From Tubiluchus corallicola (Eukaryota > Animalia > Priapulida), in the NCBI GenBank assembly GCA_030141605.1, contig JAQGDQ010002432.1, positions 1 through 43,161 on the forward strand: DNA of 43,161 bases. The letters run 5' to 3'. Positions within the stretch are counted from its first letter, which is position 1. Every line of letters begins with the position of its first letter. The position numbers and the translations under genes were made by a program. The notes beneath the pieces were generated by a model that saw only the letters and a list, made by a program, of their open reading frames with translations, was not told where the DNA came from and ran no database searches. Positions 38,387 to 43,161 of the stretch are shown here, piece by piece.

Positions 38387-39506
38387 CTAAAAATCAGTTT
38401 TTAAAGGGATAACCATATTCCATGTTTTATCAAAGCTCCAGGCTTTATCGCCGTTTCCGGTTGCTGCAAAAAATGGGTTGGTACTCCATCTTCAATCAAA
38501 AGAAAAGGTCTTTCGAAATGGTTTTGATGCGTTATTGTTCCGTTATCCCATAGAATATTTCGGCTATAGGCTTTTACCTTATCGAACAGCTGCCAGTTCA
38601 CACCATCGTTAGACCAGGCATGAATACCACCACCCTCTTCGCCGCAAATTTCACCCGAACGGTCTTTTATAATGGCTTCGTACTTTTCTCCATTCCACCA
38701 TACATAAGGATCTTCCACATCAATATGTTCTTTGCCCGGCTTTTCAAACCTGAGAATAGGTTTGTCGCTTAAACGCTCGTAAGGCCCTTCTGGATTCGTT
38801 GCCTTTGATACACCCAATAATAGTGGTGGTTGTGAATCTCCCGCCGATGATTTGTACATTAACAGAATTTCACCAGTTTTATCGTTTACAACTGGCGCCG
38901 GATTTGATGTAATAGAAGCATCCCAATGCCCTTCGCGTGGTTCAATAACAGGCTTTTCCAAGCGCTTCCATGGACCATAAACACTCTGGCTAATGGCAAC
39001 ACCAATGCGTTTGTTCATCCATGCTTTCTTCCAGTTTTCGTTCGATAATTCCTTGTTTTCAATCGTTGGCTTATCAAAGTCGTAAGTATTTCCAAAGTAA
39101 TAAAGCAGGAATTTATCCTTATATTTTACCACACGAGGATTATGAGTGCACATACCATCCCAATATTCTTTTCCACGCATTGGCAAGGCAACTTTCACTG
39201 TTTTGTAGGGTCCAATTGGTGTATCGGAAATGGCATGTACTACTTCCGAATTAGAAACCCATTTCCCAAATCCGAGTTTTTTTAACCAACGGCTAGCGAA
39301 CATGTGATACTTACCATCTTCGCCTTTAATTACCGACGAGCCCCAAATCCAGTAGTCAGGATCTTCATAACCTCCACCTATGGGAGCTGGTAATAATCTA
39401 TCGACAAAAGCAATGTCTTCTTTTTTGAACAAGCAAATAATTTTGGAACCAATACAGCTCCTGTTCCTATGGTTAATGTATTTTGAATGAAATTTCGTCT
39501 CTTCAT
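38387..39506 (-). CDS. Five-bladed beta-propeller glycoside hydrolase (GH43-like clan), with two homopolymer frameshifts
   Basis: MKRRNFIQ Tat-like signal at 39506; WIWGSS, HNP, SNPAP, VEDPYVW, ERP. One extra base in the runs at ~39421 and ~38468 restores a single ORF. Confidence 0.8.
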
Positions 39507-39510
39507 GTTT

Positions 39511-41109
39511 TTAATGTTGTATGTTCTTTTTACTCAAAAATCTTTTCAGGTTACTTTCATCTATTTCATCGCTGTCTCCATATTTTTTCCTTATTTCAAT
39601 TAATCTGGCGTGCATATCTTCCTGCACATCTGCATATTCCGGCTTATTATATATATTATTCATTTCCTCAGGATCCTTCTCCATATCGTATAATTCCCAG
39701 GTATCAGAGTCGTAATAGAAATGAATGAGTTTGTATCGATCGGTTCGAATACCATGATGACGTTGCACATTGTGTTCGCCCGGATATTCATAATAGGTAT
39801 AATAAATTGCATCTCGCCATGATTCAGAATTGCCTTCTTTAGCTATCTCCCGAAATGACTCACCTTGAATATCTTCAGGAATAGAAGTATTAGCGTAATC
39901 CAGAAAGCTAGGTGCAAAATCAAGGTTTTGAACAAGTCCTTCAACTACAGTACCCGGCTTAATTTCTTTTGGGTAACGCATCAAAATTGGTGTGCGGAAC
40001 GATTCTTCATACATAAAACGTTTATCGAACCAACCGTGCTCGCCCAAATAAAAGCCCTGATCAGAGGTGTAAATTACAATTGTATTTTCAGCCAAGCCTT
40101 CTTCATCTAAGTAATTGAGTACCTCTCCTACTCCATCATCAACGGACTGAATGGTTGCCAGATAGTCTCTCATATATCGGTTAAACTTCCAAAGTGCCAA
40201 CTCTTTTCCTGACAAGCCCAGTGATTTGAACTCTTCAATTAATGGTTTGTAGTGAGCGTCCCAGGCTGCGCGCTGTTCGTCATCCATTCGGTTGTACATG
40301 TTCTGAGCATACTTTCTGTACCTGGTCTGAAATTCACCTTCTTCATCCAACATCTTCAGATCGTAAACCAAATCCATATGCTCAAAAATGCCCATTTCGT
40401 GTTCCGCAGCAACCGGACGGTTTTCAAAATTATCAAAGAAATTTGCAGGCGGAGTAAAGGTTTTATCATCAAAAAGATCGAGATATTTTTTCTCAGGCAT
40501 CCAGGTTCTGTGCGGTGCTTTTTGGTGGTACAACAATAAGAAAGGTTTGTTTTTATTCCTTTTGTGTTTTAGCCAGTCAATAGCAATATCCGTGGTAATC
40601 TGAGTGCAATAACCATGATACTTTTTCTCAACACCATTTTCTATAAACTCAGGATTGTAATATTGCCCCTGACCCGGTAAAACGTTCGAATAATCAAAGC
40701 CTTGAGGTAAACCATCAATATGTATTTTACCAATCATAGCCGTTTGATAACCCGCCTTTTGCAATTGTTTGGCCACATTATCCTGGTTCCAATCAAAAGC
40801 CTGCAAGTTGTCGACTTTCCCGTTTACAAAACTATGTTTACCTGTTAACATTACCGCACGACTGGGCGCACAAATAGAATTTGTTACGTATCCTTTGGTA
40901 AACAAGACACCTTCTTCAGCAATACGGTCAATATTTGGCGTATGATTTAACCCATGTCCGTAAGCGCTAATGGCCTGGTAAGCATGGTCGTCACTCATTA
41001 TAAAAACAATATTTGGTTGGATTTGCTCCTTGTTATGGCTACTACAAGATGTAAACAAAACAGAAACCAACACAGCAAATATCAACTTTACAACTTCACT
41101 TTTTCTCAT
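39511..41109 (-). CDS. Sulfatase (S1, Cys-type; resembles hexosamine-6-sulfatases), lipoprotein
   Basis: MSDDHAYQAISAY, CAPSRAVMLTG, KAPHR, SDQGFYLGEHGWFDKRFMYEES. Confidence 0.95.
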   Translation of the reverse strand: MRKSEVVKLIFAVLVSVLFTSCSSHNKEQIQPNIVFIMSDDHAYQAISAYGHGLNHTPNIDRIAEEGVLFTKGYVTNSICAPSRAVMLTGKHSFVNGKVDNLQAFDWNQDNVAKQLQKAGYQTAMIGKIHIDGLPQGFDYSNVLPGQGQYYNPEFIENGVEKKYHGYCTQITTDIAIDWLKHKRNKNKPFLLLYHQKAPHRTWMPEKKYLDLFDDKTFTPPANFFDNFENRPVAAEHEMGIFEHMDLVYDLKMLDEEGEFQTRYRKYAQNMYNRMDDEQRAAWDAHYKPLIEEFKSLGLSGKELALWKFNRYMRDYLATIQSVDDGVGEVLNYLDEEGLAENTIVIYTSDQGFYLGEHGWFDKRFMYEESFRTPILMRYPKEIKPGTVVEGLVQNLDFAPSFLDYANTSIPEDIQGESFREIAKEGNSESWRDAIYYTYYEYPGEHNVQRHHGIRTDRYKLIHFYYDSDTWELYDMEKDPEEMNNIYNKPEYADVQEDMHARLIEIRKKYGDSDEIDESNLKRFLSKKNIQH

Positions 41110-41121
41110 AAAAACAAATAG

Positions 41122-43026
41122 TTAAAATCGTTCAATTTCAATTGTATTCTCTACTGGTTTTAACATTAAAACCTTTTCTGTACTTTTTAAAACAGTGCCA
41201 TTAAAACGTATCAATTTGGTATCATCAGGAAGTACAAATTCTCCTGTCATGCCCTCGGGAAGGTTAAGTTTATAGATATCACTTCCATCTTCTGATTTTT
41301 TATAGTTGGCATAAATACTTCCAAATTGAGTTGGAACCTTTATTCTAGTATTGTTTAAACCAGTTATCTGAGGTTTTATCTGAACACTGCTAAATCCCGG
41401 TGTTAATGGAGTAATTCCCCACAGAAAACGTGTAATAACATTTGCCGGAGCCGTTCCCCAGGCATGGTTCCAGTCAGCATTTGGTTTATATTTCATATCC
41501 CAGGCTTCCAAAGTCATGGTAGCCCCTACTTTAATCATGTTCCACCAGGTTCGGTCGTGCGTGGTATCTGTTATTAATTCTAACGCATAATTAGGTTCAC
41601 CGGCTTTAAACAAGCCCTCTAACAGATATTGTGCCCCGTAAACGCTGCAGGCCATACCTCGTGTTTTTATGTGCTCAATAACTGTTTTCTTATTATCTTC
41701 AAGTACCAAGTCAAACGCCAAAGGAAACATATTAGCATGCAACGAAGCATGGGTTGAGCCTTCCCCATCTACGTATATTCCACGGTCCCTATCAAATAAC
41801 TTCTGGTTAATGGCCGCTTTAGTTTTTTCCGATTCTTTTTGGAAGAATTTTGCGTCTTCAGCTAAGCCAAGAAAACCGGCTACTTCCGCCATTAAAACCA
41901 TGTTGTAATAATAAAATGAATTGACTACAGTATTGACTTCCACCATCTCGTAACCATCGCGTTCCCCAGCTTCGGTAGCCAGTTTCCAACCTGTATCGTT
42001 TTGTCCGGGAGGCCAGTCAACTATATCGCGCACATTGGTTTTGGGATTTTTAAAGCCCAATTTCAATTTTAATTCATCAGTCAGTTTTCCCGACTTTGAA
42101 CTGATTAAACCATCTTCATGCTCCAAATCCATTAAAGTCCTGGTTTTTAGCATATCGTAGTTGTCACGTAAAACATGTAAATCGCCGGTGTACATGTAAT
42201 CCTGGTAGTACAACAATACTGTATGAAGCAGCCACTCGGTTGGCCAGGTGGGATTTTCAATAAAATATTCATTTGTCCTGCGGGCTATTGAATATTCACT
42301 ATCCAAACAATAATGGCTCAATTGATTGATGTAGGCATCGGCTTCGTATGGGATACGCTCGCGGTCGCCATCCACATAATAACCGGCAAAGGTTGTCGCT
42401 TTTATGGTATGTTTACACAAATCCCAAATAGCATTTAAAACACTATCAGACGAAGTAAAAAAACTTGCCTCATCGTTAAATTTATAGTGAAATGCTTTTT
42501 GATAGATTTCAATATCATCAATGGGTATCTGAAGATTTTCAATTTCAAAATACCGAAAAGGCATAACCACACCAAATGAATCGGGAAGAATAATTGCCTT
42601 AGGGCCGGTGTTTCTTTTATCTGCAATAAGTTCAACAAGCGTTTCTCCTGAATTTAACTTATCTAATTCCACTTTTTGATAACGGATTGTTCCGCCAGGA
42701 TTTTGATCGACCTTATCTTGGGCAGACAACTTTTCTCCCAAATGAAGAGTTACAGGTGAGTTCTGATTTTGTTTCGTTTTAATGACTACCGTTCCCCAAA
42801 ACGCCTGACCAAAATCGATTAAATAATGACCATCACCTATCTTTTCAATTCTCTCAGGCTGATTTAAAACTGTTTTAAAAACAGGATCAGTGTGATTAAG
42901 GTTATTTTGTGAATAAACCGAAAGCACAATGATATGGAAAGCAAATAATAGGGGCCACTTCAATCCTTTTATTCCTTTATAATTATTTTTCTTGTATTTT
43001 GGCCGTTGGTATAGTTTCCCTTTCAT
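41122..43026 (-). CDS. GH78-like alpha-L-rhamnosidase (start uncertain)
   Basis: LIDFG, FRYFEI, DGDRERIPYEAD, IVDWP, GATMTLEAW, WNHAWG. Confidence 0.88.
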   Translation of the reverse strand: MKGKLYQRPKYKKNNYKGIKGLKWPLLFAFHIIVLSVYSQNNLNHTDPVFKTVLNQPERIEKIGDGHYLIDFGQAFWGTVVIKTKQNQNSPVTLHLGEKLSAQDKVDQNPGGTIRYQKVELDKLNSGETLVELIADKRNTGPKAIILPDSFGVVMPFRYFEIENLQIPIDDIEIYQKAFHYKFNDEASFFTSSDSVLNAIWDLCKHTIKATTFAGYYVDGDRERIPYEADAYINQLSHYCLDSEYSIARRTNEYFIENPTWPTEWLLHTVLLYYQDYMYTGDLHVLRDNYDMLKTRTLMDLEHEDGLISSKSGKLTDELKLKLGFKNPKTNVRDIVDWPPGQNDTGWKLATEAGERDGYEMVEVNTVVNSFYYYNMVLMAEVAGFLGLAEDAKFFQKESEKTKAAINQKLFDRDRGIYVDGEGSTHASLHANMFPLAFDLVLEDNKKTVIEHIKTRGMACSVYGAQYLLEGLFKAGEPNYALELITDTTHDRTWWNMIKVGATMTLEAWDMKYKPNADWNHAWGTAPANVITRFLWGITPLTPGFSSVQIKPQITGLNNTRIKVPTQFGSIYANYKKSEDGSDIYKLNLPEGMTGEFVLPDDTKLIRFNGTVLKSTEKVLMLKPVENTIEIERF

Positions 43027-43161
43027 TTCAAAAAAACTTCGTTTCAGATATTGTTTGAATATAATTAAACCATATTTATCAGTTTCCAATCACAGCCTCA
43101 TCTATCAAACTAAGTTCTTCACCCTGTAAGGCACACCTCAATTCAATGACACGAGGCTTTT

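Noticed and set aside
204-42638. Many short antisense or overlapping ORFs in the six-frame track
   Set aside because: Shadows of well-supported genes, with no motifs.

Overview
AT-rich DNA typical of Bacteroidota (SusC/SusD, TAnnTTTG promoters); the window looks like a mobile-element hotspot next to a tRNA-Ala(GGC) 3' segment. (1) About 117-10576 is an apparently intact integrative element: tyrosine integrase, unknown ORF, excisionase-like HTH, rolling-circle HUH Rep (Rep_1-like), type I R-M (hsdMSR), a ~450-nt heavily folded non-coding end and matching terminal arm-type repeats. (2) About 10600-33056 is a second, immobilised element. Its integrase is cut by an IS3-family IS, it also carries an IS4, and its cargo is a complete PUL (SARP-like membrane regulator, LamG, SusC, SusD, two GxGYxYP proteins, GLUG-like protein, GH92, sulfatase). 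(3) After a 50-N gap comes a third, decayed element with an integrase pseudogene, an IS110 pseudogene, an AbiE-like TA pair and gene remnants, followed by part of another glycan locus (GH, sulfatase, GH78). The most notable unannotated signals are a covarying hairpin family with an embedded Bacteroidota promoter, present three times (one copy expanded and split by the IS110), and an 11-bp-phased heptamer array upstream of the PUL that looks like a SARP operator. All alignments and folds were done by eye.
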